A stretch of 64,000 nucleotides of DNA from Thermoanaerobaculia bacterium (GTDB lineage: Bacteria > Acidobacteriota > Thermoanaerobaculia > UBA5066). The stretch covers positions 1,600,001 to 1,664,000 of the forward strand of contig CAVRAY010000001.1 in assembly GCA_963719225.1 (NCBI GenBank), given 5' to 3'. Below are positions 1 through 10,702 of the stretch, piece by piece; position 1 is the stretch's first letter, and each line of letters starts with the position of its first letter. The notes under the pieces are model-generated. The model saw only the letters and a program-made list of their open reading frames with translations. It searched no databases and was not told the origin of the DNA. A program made the position numbers and the translations under genes.

Positions 1-209
1 TGTACCTGGCCGACGTCTTCACGGTTCCCGCGAGCCTCGCGGGCCTGCCCGCGGTCTCGGTTCCCTCGGGCTTCTCCAGGGACGGACTACCCATCGGGAT
101 GCAGCTCATCGGGCCGGGCGACTCCGAGCCGCTCCTTTTCGCGCTCGCGCGCGTCCTCGAGGACGCATCCGGCGCCCTCGCGCGGCGCCCACCGGGCGCG
201 GTGAGTTGA
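1..209 (+). CDS. gatA: Asp/Glu-tRNA amidotransferase subunit A, 3' end (partial)
   Basis: Frame from base 3 reads [37 protein letters not shown]..., the conserved GatA C-terminus; TGA at 207-209. Confidence 0.88.
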   Translation, partial: YLADVFTVPASLAGLPAVSVPSGFSRDGLPIGMQLIGPGDSEPLLFALARVLEDASGALARRPPGAVS

Positions 210-2059
210 GCGGACGGCGCTTTCTCGCCGCCGCGGCCGGCGCCGCGCTTTTCCTGCCGGCCGCCCCGTCGCTTCCCTCTGCTCCGGCCCGCCGGATCGA
301 GGTGTCGCGGGACTTCGCCGTCCAGCGCGCGGACGGAGCGATCACCGTCGAGGCGCGGCCTCTCGAAGGGGAGACGCCGATCGAGTTCGTCCGCCGCGTC
401 TCGACGGACGACGCGACGGCGCAGCGGCTGCTCGCCCTGCCGGGAGTCGCGGCGGGCACGCGAAGCGCCGTGCTCTCCTACGCCGCGCTCTCCGACGAAT
501 CCAAGCGCGCCGCGATCGCGGCGCTCTTTCCGTCCGACGTGCGGGCGACGACGGGCTGGCTCCACATCGCGGTGGAGGAGGAACGTCTCGCCGGGATCGC
601 CGAATGGTTCACGGGCACGGCCGACAACGCGAAGGCGCTGGCGACGGAGAACGCCCTCGGTCTCGACGTCGTGCCTCCCGGCGCGACCGTCCGGATTCCC
701 GTGCACCTCCTCCTGCCGCCGTTCCGCGACGCCGAAAGCGTGCCCGACATGGAGCCGCCGAATCTCGTCTACGACCAGGACGAGAGGGGCCGCTACGCGG
801 TGTACCGCCTGCGAAAAGGAGAGGCGCTCTATTCGGCGGTGGTGGTGCGCTTCACGGGCCGACTCGATGCCGTCGATGTGAACGACCTCGCCATGACCAT
901 CGCGGCGCGCTCCGCGATCGAGAACGTCCACGCGATCCCGGTCGGTTACCCCGTGAAGATCCCGATGGAGTACCTGACCGAGGAGTTCCTCCCGAAGGGG
1001 GACCCGCGCTCCGTGGAGCGCGCGAAGGAGAAGGCCGAGTCCCAGCAGTTCGCGCGGCCCGAGATCGCCCGGGGCCTGGCGGGCGTGCGCGTGATCCTCG
1101 ACGCGGGTCACGGCGGCCGCGACACGGGGACTCTCCACGGGGACGTATGGGAATCGACGTACGTCTACGACGTCGCCTGCCGGCTGCGGAAGATCCTGGC
1201 CGAGAGAACGCGCGCCGAGGTCATCATGACGACGAAGGACTCGGCGCTGGGGTGGAAGGTGCCGGACCGCGACGGGCTTCGCGGTCGTCGGACCCAGTTC
1301 CTCCTCACCGACCCGGCCTACTCGCTCGCCGATCCCACGGTCGGCGTCAACCTCCGGTGGTACCTCGCGAACAGCCTGATCCGGCGGCCCGGGCCGGACG
1401 GCGAGAAGGTGCCTCCCGAACGGACGATCTTCGTCTCCCTTCACGCCGACTCGCTGCACCCGTCGGTGCGCGGCGCCATGGTCTACGTGCCCGGCGAGCG
1501 CTACCTGCGCGAACGCTACGGCAAGAAAGGTGCGGCGTACGCGGGGTATCGGGAGGTAAAGGAGCAGCCGGTCGTCTCGTTCAACCGCAAGGAGCGCGTC
1601 GCTTCCGAGGGCGCCTCCACGACGCTCGCGAACGCCATCATCGCCGCCATGCGCGAGGCGGGCCTGCCGATTCACAGTTTCTCGCCGGTGCGCACGCACG
1701 TGATCCGCTCGGGCCGCGAGTGGGTGCCGGCGGTCCTGCGCTACAACCGGGTCCCGAACCGGGTGCTCGTCGAGCTCGCGAATCTCGGAAACGAGGAGGA
1801 CCGCGCGCTCATGAAGACGCGCGCCTTCCGCGACTCGCTCGCCGACTCGCTCGCGTCCGCGGTCGTCGCCTTCTTCGGCGGCCCACCGCCCGGGCTCTAC
1901 GGGCCGGTGCCGCAGACCGCGTCCGCCCGGACGCCGAAACCGGTCAAGCCGGCGCCGAAAAGGCCGCGCAAGAGACGCTGGGGGCCACCGCCTCGAACCA
2001 GTTCCGGCGCGAGGCGTCGAGGAGTCCCGCGAGATCCACGAGCGCGACCGCACGGGTGA
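206..2059 (+). CDS. N-acetylmuramoyl-L-alanine amidase (Amidase_3) with long N-terminal region; true end probably near 1981
   Basis: ILDAGHGG, E in VWES, SLHAD and VLVELANL zinc motifs; GRRFL Tat-like N-terminus; TTG start overlaps the gatA stop. Confidence 0.85.
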   Translation: MSGRRFLAAAAGAALFLPAAPSLPSAPARRIEVSRDFAVQRADGAITVEARPLEGETPIEFVRRVSTDDATAQRLLALPGVAAGTRSAVLSYAALSDESKRAAIAALFPSDVRATTGWLHIAVEEERLAGIAEWFTGTADNAKALATENALGLDVVPPGATVRIPVHLLLPPFRDAESVPDMEPPNLVYDQDERGRYAVYRLRKGEALYSAVVVRFTGRLDAVDVNDLAMTIAARSAIENVHAIPVGYPVKIPMEYLTEEFLPKGDPRSVERAKEKAESQQFARPEIARGLAGVRVILDAGHGGRDTGTLHGDVWESTYVYDVACRLRKILAERTRAEVIMTTKDSALGWKVPDRDGLRGRRTQFLLTDPAYSLADPTVGVNLRWYLANSLIRRPGPDGEKVPPERTIFVSLHADSLHPSVRGAMVYVPGERYLRERYGKKGAAYAGYREVKEQPVVSFNRKERVASEGASTTLANAIIAAMREAGLPIHSFSPVRTHVIRSGREWVPAVLRYNRVPNRVLVELANLGNEEDRALMKTRAFRDSLADSLASAVVAFFGGPPPGLYGPVPQTASARTPKPVKPAPKRPRKRRWGPPPRTSSGARRRGVPRDPRARPHG

Positions 2060-3452
2060 CGTCGGCGAGGAGCCGGGCGCGGGAAGGCGTGTCCCGCGGC
2101 GAGAGGGCCGCACGGCAGCAGGCGTCGAAGGCCGGCGCGAACTCGCCATGCGAACCGCACAGGAACGTGCCCGCGAGGTCGGGCCTTCCGGCCCGCCGCG
2201 CCGATTCCGAGAAGTGGGCCGCGGCGAAGTAGAGCTTGGACAACTGGACGAAGAGCGGAAAATCGCCGAGAGCCGAATAGAGCGCCGCGACCAGCCGGGC
2301 GGAGCGGTCGGCCTCCTGGAGGGTGAGGGCGCCGAAGGCCGCGAGGCGGGCGTCGAAGCGCGGCGTCCCGAAATCCTGCTCGAGCGCCTCGGCGAGCCGC
2401 TGAATGCCGAGGAGCGCGAGCGGGAAGCCCGTCGAGAGGAGCGGGTCGGCGAACGCCGCGGCCGACGGGAGGAGAGCCCACCCCGGCCCGGCGGCGCGGG
2501 CGCGCCGGAACCCGAGGCGCGGCTCATGGACGAACGGGCGGACGGGACGCGCGTTCGCGAACTGGGCGCCGACGCTCGGGAAGCGGGCGAGCAGACGCTC
2601 CCATGCGGGAGCGCCCTCCTCCAGACGAAGGTCGCGCGCGAGAGGCTTCTCGGCGGCGACGCCCGCGCTCGTGACGCCGTTCGAGAAGCGGAGGACCCAG
2701 ATCCAGCCGCCGGGGAAGACGTGGTGAACCGCCGCGTCGTCGACGGGGTAGGGCGGGGAGTCCGGCGACGCGAAGTCGGGCATCTCGTCGAGGCGGCGAA
2801 CGCCCGTGAAATGGGAGAAGAGGGATTCCGTCGAAGGAAGGCCGGCGGGAGCCGCCTCACCAGCGCCCAGCGCGGCGGCGAGCGCACCGTCGCGGCCCGA
2901 CGCATCCACGAGGAACGCGGCGCGGACGGAGAGCGGGCCATCTTCCCTTTCGAAGGAGATCTCCCATCCCCTTTCCCCGCGAACGACGTCCCGCAGGGCG
3001 GCGCGATCCAGATAACGGGCGCCGGCCGCCTCCGCCTCCTTCAGAAGAAGGAAATCGAATTCTTCCCGGTACCAATGCGTGTCGGCGACCTCGTCGTCCG
3101 GGCTCGCCGCGACGAGGAGCTGGTCCTGCCGATCCGGGGCGTTCGCGAACGGGCGACCCTCCGCGTGATGGAAGAAGCTGAAGCCGCGTTTCAGGCCGCA
3201 GCTCACCTCGGGGTACGCGCGCCTCCACGAGCCCCACTTCGCGAACGGCCGGATCCGGGGGAGGTCGTAGCGCCCGGCGATCTCCTCGAGCAGGAGATTC
3301 GCAAGCGGCGACGTGGACTCGCCGATCGCGAAACGCGGATGGGACCCTCTTTCGAGGAGCACGACGGAGAGTCCGAGCCGCCGCGACACGAGAGCGAGAA
3401 GCGTGCCCGCGAAGCCGGACCCCACGATCGCGACGTCGAACGCGCCTTGCAT
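1944..3452 (-). CDS. Flavin-dependent halogenase family protein
   Basis: GSGFAG FAD motif, RFAIGES, Lys in CGLKRGF, WIWVLRF (WxWxIP-like), DPLLSTG. Confidence 0.8.
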   Translation of the reverse strand: MQGAFDVAIVGSGFAGTLLALVSRRLGLSVVLLERGSHPRFAIGESTSPLANLLLEEIAGRYDLPRIRPFAKWGSWRRAYPEVSCGLKRGFSFFHHAEGRPFANAPDRQDQLLVAASPDDEVADTHWYREEFDFLLLKEAEAAGARYLDRAALRDVVRGERGWEISFEREDGPLSVRAAFLVDASGRDGALAAALGAGEAAPAGLPSTESLFSHFTGVRRLDEMPDFASPDSPPYPVDDAAVHHVFPGGWIWVLRFSNGVTSAGVAAEKPLARDLRLEEGAPAWERLLARFPSVGAQFANARPVRPFVHEPRLGFRRARAAGPGWALLPSAAAFADPLLSTGFPLALLGIQRLAEALEQDFGTPRFDARLAAFGALTLQEADRSARLVAALYSALGDFPLFVQLSKLYFAAAHFSESARRAGRPDLAGTFLCGSHGEFAPAFDACCRAALSPRDTPSRARLLADVTRAVALVDLAGLLDASRRNWFEAVAPSVSCAAFSAPA

Positions 3453-3455
3453 GCG

Positions 3456-4517
3456 TTACGCCCCAGTGCGCGAGCGACCCAGGCACGAGGGACATTGAGG
3501 AGGAAGAGGAAGATTTCGTTGAATGAGGTTCATTTCGCGGAGCCTGTGCACGCGAGCCGCGGCGCAGCAGGCCGGGGCGCTGAGAGCGTCCGCATTCCAG
3601 AGATCCGCAAGAACGAGACCCGCCGCGCGGTGTCGTCCTTCTTCACCTTCTAGGAAATCCCCCGGCGCTTTCCCCTCTTCCCCTTCTAAGAAATCTTCTC
3701 TTCGTTCTTCTTCCAGGGAATCTCCCAGCGCCATCTCCAGATCCTCGAGCGTCGGGGGAATGAACAGACCCTGCCTCTGCAGCTCTTCCATCGCGCCGTT
3801 GCCGAGGCGCGTCGGGATGAGAGAGACGACCTCCGCGCCCGCCCGAAAGGACGTCGCGACGCTCCTGCGCGTTGCGTCCGCCCACTCCTCTCTCCGCAGA
3901 AACGGGAGCCCGACGAGGACGAAGCTGCGGACGCCGATCGCGTGAGACGAGAGGAATCGACAGGCGTTCTCGAAATCTTCGACCGTCATCCCCTTGTCCA
4001 GTCTTCTCAGGATCTCCTCGTTGGCGGTCTCGAGCCCGAGAGCGATCTGGAGGCGCGGGCCCCCGAGGAGATCGCGAAACCGCAGGCTCGATTCGCCGAC
4101 GAGCGCGGGGTGGCATTCCACGACCACGCTCTCGAAACCGCGCGCGAGCGAGGCGATTTCCTCGTGGTCCCCCCGCGGAATCGACGCGCGGTCGAAGAAG
4201 CTGCCCGCGTTGTAGAGCTTCAGGACGTTCGCGGCGGGCAGCCTCTCGAGCGCGTAGCGGAGCTGCGCCGGAATCGCGCCCCTCGGCGTCGGCGCCTCGA
4301 GCGTGTTCTTCCAGAGATCGCACATGAGGCAGTGCCAGGGGCACTCCCGGTTCGTCAGGAAGACCGTGGCGACCCGGTCCGTTCCGCCGTCCACGCGGGG
4401 CTCCTCCTCGACGAAGACGCCGTACGGGCGGAACGGATCCACCGCGTTGCGGTCGGGCCGCAGGCCGAGGATCGCCTCCTCGCGCGCCTCGCGGTCGATG
4501 GAAGAGAAATCGATCAC
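3456..4517 (-). CDS. Radical SAM protein, RaSEA/TIGR01210-like
   Basis: CPWHCLMC; KLYNAGSFFD; IALGLETAN; GTG start at 4517 overlaps the upstream TGA (GTGA). Confidence 0.8.
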   Translation of the reverse strand: MIDFSSIDREAREEAILGLRPDRNAVDPFRPYGVFVEEEPRVDGGTDRVATVFLTNRECPWHCLMCDLWKNTLEAPTPRGAIPAQLRYALERLPAANVLKLYNAGSFFDRASIPRGDHEEIASLARGFESVVVECHPALVGESSLRFRDLLGGPRLQIALGLETANEEILRRLDKGMTVEDFENACRFLSSHAIGVRSFVLVGLPFLRREEWADATRRSVATSFRAGAEVVSLIPTRLGNGAMEELQRQGLFIPPTLEDLEMALGDSLEEERREDFLEGEEGKAPGDFLEGEEGRHRAAGLVLADLWNADALSAPACCAAARVHRLREMNLIQRNLPLPPQCPSCLGRSRTGA

Positions 4518-5856
4518 GCGGCGCCGAGGTATCGCGACAGGAACGCGGCGCGATACTGCGCCTCGGAGAAGGGAAAGCGCCGCGCGTAGACGTCCTGTCC
4601 GCCGGCGCCGTGCTGGAACCTCCGTTTCGGGTAGACGGGCATCCTCCGGCCGGTGATCGCTTCGACCCCGCGCGAGACGATCCCGCCCTTCAGCGCGTAG
4701 AGCTTCTGGACGTCTCCCTCGGTGAGCGCGTCGAACGGGATTCCCTCGGCCACGGCAATGACGCGGGACGCGTGAACGGGCTGAAGCCGGAGAAGCCGCA
4801 GGCGCGAAGGGGTGCGTACGTGCGCGCGTACGAGCGGCTCTGGCCTCCGGAGTACGTGTCCGAGTGCTTGAGCGAGCCGACGCCCCAGCCTTCCTGGTAG
4901 AGCATGGGGTTCGTGACGACGCTCCGGATCGTGAGCTCGGGTTTTCGTCGATGGGGTAGTCCTTCAGGTTCTCGTCGCCGCCGTCGCCGTCCAGGAGGAA
5001 CCGCCACCGGGGATGGCGGGCGCGGATCCCGCGGAGGAGCGCGAGCGCCATCGTCGCGGACTCCACGTCGCGCGGCTTGTAATCCTCGATGATCCGCACG
5101 GCCTCCACCGGGTCGCAGCGAAGCCGGGTCGACCTCGACGTTCTCGAGGAAGAAACCGAGGTCGAGAGCCTCGAGGAAGGCCCTCGCCTGCGCGAGATCC
5201 GGGCCTTCGAAGGTCGGCCCGCTGCCGAGGGAGAGCGTGAAGGCCTTGAGGCGCGACGGGCTCATGCCCAGGCGGCGGAGGACATGGTGCGTCACGAGGA
5301 AAACGGCACCGCTGTCGATGCCGCCCGAGAAGCAGACGCCGACGGGCTCGTTCGGGGGAACCGTACGGAGCCACTTCGCGATCTCGTTCGCGAGCGCGCC
5401 CACGTAGAGGCGGCCGATCTCGCCGAGGTCGGAAGGAAGGACGTTCCGCGCGGGCGTGAACGTCCGCACGTAGCTCGGGGCGGGGTCCGGGCAGCCGACG
5501 AGCCGCAGCGTGACGACGTGGTGCGCAGGCACCATGCGCGTATAGCTCGGGTGGAACTGGTCGGCGTGAGAGTGCTCGGCGAGCCAGCTCTCGATCGCGT
5601 CGATCCGGTCCGCGACGACGAGAACGGGGCCGTCCTTTTCCTTCGCGAGGAAATACCTCAGGGGGCGGTCGAGAGAGCGCGCGAGCCGCACGGTGATCCC
5701 GTCCACCCCGACGAGCGCGTACGAGCCGTCGAGGGCGGCGACGGCTTCCGCGTCCCCGGACGCCACGCGCGCGCGGGCGACCTCGAGGGAGCGGCCGTGG
5801 AGAACGTTGAGGGCCGGATCGGTGAGATCGACGACGCGGGCGACGGAACGGTACAT
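4514..5856 (-). CDS. Asparagine-synthetase-like ATP pyrophosphatase (three apparent frameshifts near 5115, 4940 and 4765)
   Basis: PP-loop CFSGGIDSG and DGDGGDENL; reading frame reconstructed across ORFs 4690..6012, 3456..5108 and 4514..4753; ATG at 5856; no N-terminal Cys. Confidence 0.75.
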
Positions 5857-5997
5857 CGGCCTCGAGCCTCCGGGGGCGATGCTAACGCGGCCGACGGCCT
5901 TCCTCCGCGCGGGCCTGCTATATTCCGACGGCTTCTGCGCCCGCCGGCGGCCTCGCGGCATCCGGTCGAGGCCCGACGCGGAGGTCACCGAAAAGAG

Positions 5998-6999
5998 ATG
6001 CTCGAAGCGCACGGACTCTCAAAGTCGTTTTACGGAACACCGGCGGTCACGGACGTGAGCTTCCGGGTCGAGAGCGGCGAGATCCTCGGCTTTCTCGGCC
6101 CCAACGGAGCCGGCAAGACGACCACGATGCGGATGATCACGGGCTTCCTCGAGCCGACCGCCGGCCGCGTGACGCTCGCGGACGTGGACGTCATGGAAAA
6201 GCCCCTTCTCGCCAAGCGCTCGCTCGGATACCTGCCCGAGACGCTCGCGCTCTACCCGGAGATGCGGGTCCGGGAATACGTCGCCTTCCGCGCCGAGCTC
6301 TGCGGAGTCCCGGGTCGCGAGGTGAAGGCGTTCGTCGACGAGGCGCTCCGGAAGTGCTTCGTGGACGACGTCGCGTCGAATCCGATCGGCAACCTCTCGA
6401 AGGGATACCGCCAGCGCGTCGGCCTCGCGGGAGCGCTCGTCCACAAGCCGAAGGTGCTCGTGCTCGACGAGCCCACGGTCGGGCTGGACCCGCGCCAGAT
6501 CGTGAAGGTGCGCGAGCTTATCCGGGACCTCAGAAAGGACCACACGATCCTGCTGTCGACGCACATCCTTCCCGAAGCCGAGCTCGTCTGCGACCGGATC
6601 CTCATCATCGACAAGGGTCGCATCGTGGCTTCCGGGACGCCCGAGACGCTTCGCCACCAGATGTCGCAGATGCCCAGCGTGACCGTCACCCTGAAGGGCG
6701 AGGTGCCCGAGGCCGATGCCGTCTTCCGCCAGCTGGCCGGCGTCTCGCGCGCCTCGCGCATCGGGGCAGGCGGCGAGACGCGCGTCACGCTCGACGGCGA
6801 GGCGGGCACGGACCTGCGCGAATCCGTCTTCAAGGAGACCGTCACGCGCGGCTGGACCCTGCTCGAGCTCACGCCCCGCCAGGCTTCGCTCGAGGACGTG
6901 TTCGTGCGCCTCGTCTCCCGCGACGCCGCCGTCGAGGTCGACACGAAGCCGGGCGTCGACCCGAGCCTCGAGGCGACCGCCACGGGGGTTCCGAAGTGA
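5998..6999 (+). CDS. ABC transporter ATP-binding protein (GldA-like)
   Basis: GPNGAGKTT, LSKGYRQRV, LDEPT; ATG at 5998. Confidence 0.92.
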   Translation: MLEAHGLSKSFYGTPAVTDVSFRVESGEILGFLGPNGAGKTTTMRMITGFLEPTAGRVTLADVDVMEKPLLAKRSLGYLPETLALYPEMRVREYVAFRAELCGVPGREVKAFVDEALRKCFVDDVASNPIGNLSKGYRQRVGLAGALVHKPKVLVLDEPTVGLDPRQIVKVRELIRDLRKDHTILLSTHILPEAELVCDRILIIDKGRIVASGTPETLRHQMSQMPSVTVTLKGEVPEADAVFRQLAGVSRASRIGAGGETRVTLDGEAGTDLRESVFKETVTRGWTLLELTPRQASLEDVFVRLVSRDAAVEVDTKPGVDPSLEATATGVPK

Positions 7000-7733
7000 A
7001 GGCCTTCGTCGCGATCGTCAAGCGCGAGTTCTTCTCGTACTTCGTCTCACCGCTCGGCTACCTCGTGCTGACGTCGTTCCTGCTCGTGAGCGGGTGGGTC
7101 TTCATGGTGCTCGTCGGAGCGCTCAATTCGCCGGATACGCCCCGGATGGCGCTCATGTCCACGTTCTTCACGAACGTGTTTCAGTGGATCTTCCTGATGC
7201 TCGTCTCGGCGATCATCGCGATGCGGCTCCTCACGGAAGAGCGCAAGTCGGGCTCCATCGAGACGCTGCTGACCGCGCCCGTGTCCGAGGCGACCGTCGT
7301 GGCGGCGAAGTTCACGGGAGCCTGGTGCTTCTTCCTTTTCCTGTTCGTTCCGACGGTGACCTATCCGCTCCTGCTCTCGCGCTTCGGAGGATTCGACCTC
7401 GGGCCGGTCCTCGCGGGCTACCTCGGAATCGCGCTCATCGGCGCGCTCTTCATCTCCGCCGGCACGTTCGCGTCCGCGCTCACGAAGAACCAGATCGTCG
7501 CCGCCATCCTCGCGTTCGTTCTCATCCTCGGCAGCTTCATCATCGGGATCGCGCGAGACTTCCTGCCCTTCCCCTCGGCGCGCGAGGCGCTGAGCTACCT
7601 GAACATCCTCGAGCACATGGATGACTTCGCCCGGGGCATCGTGGACACGCGCCGAATTCTCTACGTCGTCTCGACTGTGGTCTTCTTCCTCTTCCTCTCG
7701 ACGCGCGCCCTCGAGGCGAACAAGGCCCGCTGA
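6996..7733 (+). CDS. ABC-2 type permease (GldF-like)
   Basis: REFFSYFVSPLGY, EERKSGSIETLLTAP, multiple TM helices; GTGA overlap. Confidence 0.88.
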   Translation: MKAFVAIVKREFFSYFVSPLGYLVLTSFLLVSGWVFMVLVGALNSPDTPRMALMSTFFTNVFQWIFLMLVSAIIAMRLLTEERKSGSIETLLTAPVSEATVVAAKFTGAWCFFLFLFVPTVTYPLLLSRFGGFDLGPVLAGYLGIALIGALFISAGTFASALTKNQIVAAILAFVLILGSFIIGIARDFLPFPSAREALSYLNILEHMDDFARGIVDTRRILYVVSTVVFFLFLSTRALEANKAR

Positions 7734-7734
7734 G

Positions 7735-9252
7735 ATGGACGACACGCGGAAAGACACACCCTCGCGCTCCGCCTATCGCGCGACGCTCGCGCTCTCGGTC
7801 GTCCTCGGGCTCGGGATCCTGATCCTCGTGAACTTCATCGGCTCGCGGCGCTACGCGCGCTTCGACTGGACGACCGCGGGTCGCTACTCCCTCTCCGAGA
7901 AGACGGTCAACGTCCTCAAGGACCTCAAGACGCCGGTCCAGATCACCGTCTTCATGACGGCGGGAACGCCGCTCTATCCGGAGGTCGACGAGCTCCTCAA
8001 GCGTTACAAGGCGAAGAGCCCGATGCTGACCGTCGAGACGCTCGATCCGACGCGCAACCCGGTCCGGGCGAAGACGTTCGTCGAGGAGACGGGCCTGAGG
8101 AACCTCGCCGTCGTCTTCCGCGCCGGAGACAAGAAGAAGATCGTGACGGAAGACCGCATCGTCGAATACGACTACTCGAGGGCCCGCATGGGCGGCGAGC
8201 CCTCGGTGAAGAGCTTCCGCGGCGAGCAGGAGTTCACTTCCGCGATCCTCAGCGTCACGCAGGCCCGGGCGCCGAAGGTCCTCTTCACGTCGGGGCACGG
8301 AGAACGCAGGTTCGACGCGGCCCGGAGCCGCGAGGGATTCTCGGAGGTCGCGGAGTCCCTCAAGGCCGACAACTGCACCGTCGAGGAATGGGCGACGCTC
8401 GGCGCGAAGTCCGCGCCCGAGGACGCCGATCTCGTCGTCGTCGCGGGGCCGCGGACGCCCTTCACGGAGAGTGAGCGCGACGTGCTGAAGAAGTACCTCG
8501 ACGGCGGGGGCCGCGTTCTGTTCTTTCTGGACGTCGAGTTTCCGCCGGGAGCGCCGGCCGCGCTGTCCGATTTCGGGCTGGGACCCCTGCTCACGTCCCT
8601 CGGTCTGACTCTCGACGGCGACGTCGTGGTGGACCCGAAGAACACGCTTCCCATGATGGGAGCCGAGACGGTCTTCGCGAAGAGCTTCCGGAGCCATCCC
8701 GTCACGAAGCTGCTCGCCGGAATGCCCGTCGTCTTCCCGCTGGCGCGCTCGGTGAGCGTGGCACAGACGGGTGCCCCGGGATGGAAAGCCACGCCGCTCG
8801 TCGAGACTTCTTCCGACGGCTGGGGCGAAACGAGCCTGAAGGACCTCGAGAAGACGGGTTTGCCGAAGAAGGACGACAAGGACGTCAAGGGTCCCGTGTG
8901 CCTGGCGGCCGCCGTGGAGGCGGACGAGGGTTCCAAGCCCGTGGTCGTCGAGGCGCCGAAAGCGGGCGAGGCTGCTCCGAAGAAGAAAGCCCGCGTCGTC
9001 GTTTTCGGGGATGCGGACTGGGCGTCGAACGCGGGGATCGCGAACGCCGCGAACCGGCTTCTCCTGTCTTCCGCGGTGAACTGGGCGCTCGAGCGCGAGT
9101 CGCTCGTGGCGATCCCCCCGAAGAGCGCGGATCAGGTCGCCGTCACGCTCACGCGCCGCGACGTCGGCCAGGTCGCGTTCGTGGTTCTCCTTCTCCTGCC
9201 GCTCGCGGCTGTCGCGATGGGAGTCGCGATCTGGGTCCGCCGCCGCAAGTAG
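7735..9252 (+). CDS. GldG-like ABC transporter auxiliary component
   Basis: FDWTTAGRYSLS, FTSGHGE, VVVFGDADW, TM helices at both ends; ATG at 7735. Confidence 0.85.
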   Translation: MDDTRKDTPSRSAYRATLALSVVLGLGILILVNFIGSRRYARFDWTTAGRYSLSEKTVNVLKDLKTPVQITVFMTAGTPLYPEVDELLKRYKAKSPMLTVETLDPTRNPVRAKTFVEETGLRNLAVVFRAGDKKKIVTEDRIVEYDYSRARMGGEPSVKSFRGEQEFTSAILSVTQARAPKVLFTSGHGERRFDAARSREGFSEVAESLKADNCTVEEWATLGAKSAPEDADLVVVAGPRTPFTESERDVLKKYLDGGGRVLFFLDVEFPPGAPAALSDFGLGPLLTSLGLTLDGDVVVDPKNTLPMMGAETVFAKSFRSHPVTKLLAGMPVVFPLARSVSVAQTGAPGWKATPLVETSSDGWGETSLKDLEKTGLPKKDDKDVKGPVCLAAAVEADEGSKPVVVEAPKAGEAAPKKKARVVVFGDADWASNAGIANAANRLLLSSAVNWALERESLVAIPPKSADQVAVTLTRRDVGQVAFVVLLLLPLAAVAMGVAIWVRRRK

Positions 9253-9256
9253 AGCC

Positions 9257-10699
9257 ATGCCGACGAAGAAGCTCCTGATCCTGTCCGGCGTCTTTCTCGC
9301 CCTTCTGGCGTTCGTGATCCTGTTCGAGCGCAAGCAGCCGACCTCCGAGGAGCGCGCGAAATCGGCGAAGAGGCTCGCGGACGTGAACGTCGAGGAAGTC
9401 GTCTCGCTCCTTCTCGAGCGGCCCGGCCAGCCGAAGGTGGATCTGGTTCGGCGCGAAAAGAACCGATGGGTGCTCAAAGGCGAGCCGGACGGCCCGGCGG
9501 ACGGGTTCGCGGCAGAAAACCTCGTCGGTGACCTCGGACGGCTCGACGTCGTCGGGGAGGTGCGCACCGACGTGGACCCGAAGGAGTTCGGCCTCGACCC
9601 GCCGAAGGCGAAGGTCACCGTCACCTTCAAGGACAAATCCGTGAAGACGTTCGCCTTCGGGGAGTCCATCCCGGGGACGGACGCCACGGCGGCCTCCGAA
9701 GGGGGACGGTTCGCGGCCGTCCGGGCGGCGCCGGTCGCGGCCCTGACGAAGCCGCTGGACGATTACCGGAGCCGTTCGATTTTCGAGACGCCGGCCGCCG
9801 AGATCACGCGCGTCACCGTGACGAAGGGACCGTACGCCGTCGTCGTCGCGCGCGGATCCAAGCCGGACCGCGGCTCCGGCGGCTGGAGAATGGAAAAGCC
9901 CGTCGCGGACCTGGCGTCGGGCACGTTCGTCGACCGCCTGCTCGGCGACCTCGCGAGCGAGCGGATTTCCGAGTTCCCGGCCGTTCCTCCGTCCGAGCTG
10001 CAGCGCGTCGGTCTGTCCCCGTCCTGGGCCACCGTGAAGCTCGAAAAAGGGGAGGAGGTCGTCGTCACGATCTCGTTCGGCTCCGCCAAGGCGGACGCCG
10101 GAGGCAAGCTCTACGCGAAGATCGGAAACGTCGTCGCCGTGATGGACGACCGCGTGCGCGAGGACCTCGATGCGGAGATGTCCGCATGGCGGGAGAGTCA
10201 CGTTCTCCCCGTCGACCTGGCCGCTCTCCGGCGCGTCTCGTTCGCCGCGGACGAGCTCCGCGCCGGTGCCGAGAAAGTGGAAGGATCCTGGCGTTCGACC
10301 GGCCGCGAGATCCCGGCGGAAACCGCCGAGGCTCCGGCCACCGTCGTCGCGCGCGCCGAAGTGAGGTCGTTCCTGCCGAAGCGAAGCGGGAAATCCGCGA
10401 AGGAAAAGCCCGTCGCGACGCTCGAGCTCCTGTTCGAGGGAGAGTCGACCGAGAGGGTCGTTTCGTTCTTCGAAGCGCCGGCCGGCGCCGCCGGAGCGCT
10501 GGCGGAGGTCACGGGACGGCCTGAGCCGATGCTCGTCGAGAAGGCGGTCCTCGACGATCTGCGCGGCGCGGCGGCCGCGCTGCGCGACGCGGCGAGCGGC
10601 AAGCCGAAGGAGCCCGGCAAGCCGAAGGCGGGCGCGAAAGCGAAACCCACGCCCGGACCGGGCGCCGCCGCGACCCTCCCGCCCCCGAAAAAGAAGTAG
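9257..10699 (+). CDS. DUF4340-like membrane-anchored protein
   Basis: N-terminal TM helix, repeated W..P..AD...L...FGL..P units; usual position after gldG. Confidence 0.7.
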   Translation: MPTKKLLILSGVFLALLAFVILFERKQPTSEERAKSAKRLADVNVEEVVSLLLERPGQPKVDLVRREKNRWVLKGEPDGPADGFAAENLVGDLGRLDVVGEVRTDVDPKEFGLDPPKAKVTVTFKDKSVKTFAFGESIPGTDATAASEGGRFAAVRAAPVAALTKPLDDYRSRSIFETPAAEITRVTVTKGPYAVVVARGSKPDRGSGGWRMEKPVADLASGTFVDRLLGDLASERISEFPAVPPSELQRVGLSPSWATVKLEKGEEVVVTISFGSAKADAGGKLYAKIGNVVAVMDDRVREDLDAEMSAWRESHVLPVDLAALRRVSFAADELRAGAEKVEGSWRSTGREIPAETAEAPATVVARAEVRSFLPKRSGKSAKEKPVATLELLFEGESTERVVSFFEAPAGAAGALAEVTGRPEPMLVEKAVLDDLRGAAAALRDAASGKPKEPGKPKAGAKAKPTPGPGAAATLPPPKKK

Positions 10700-10702
10700 C
10701 GC

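Noticed and set aside
1944-2059. 116-bp convergent overlap between the amidase and the halogenase
   Set aside because: Inserting one A after 1979 (CTG to CTAG) would stop both genes at a shared CTAG, as at the ferredoxin/lipA junction (15064-15067). A single-base sequencing deletion is the simpler explanation.
3641-3700. Tandem motif copies as a CRISPR array or IS ends
   Set aside because: No regular spacer periodicity, cas genes, transposase or target-site duplications seen anywhere in the window.
3456-5108. 550-aa ORF as an Asn-synthetase/radical SAM fusion
   Set aside because: Artefact of the frameshifts; the rSAM has its own GTG start at 4517 overlapping the upstream stop.
5998-10699. 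Gld-like ABC genes as evidence of gliding motility
   Set aside because: GldAFG-like plus DUF4340 cassettes are widespread in non-gliding bacteria, and no gliding motor genes are present here.
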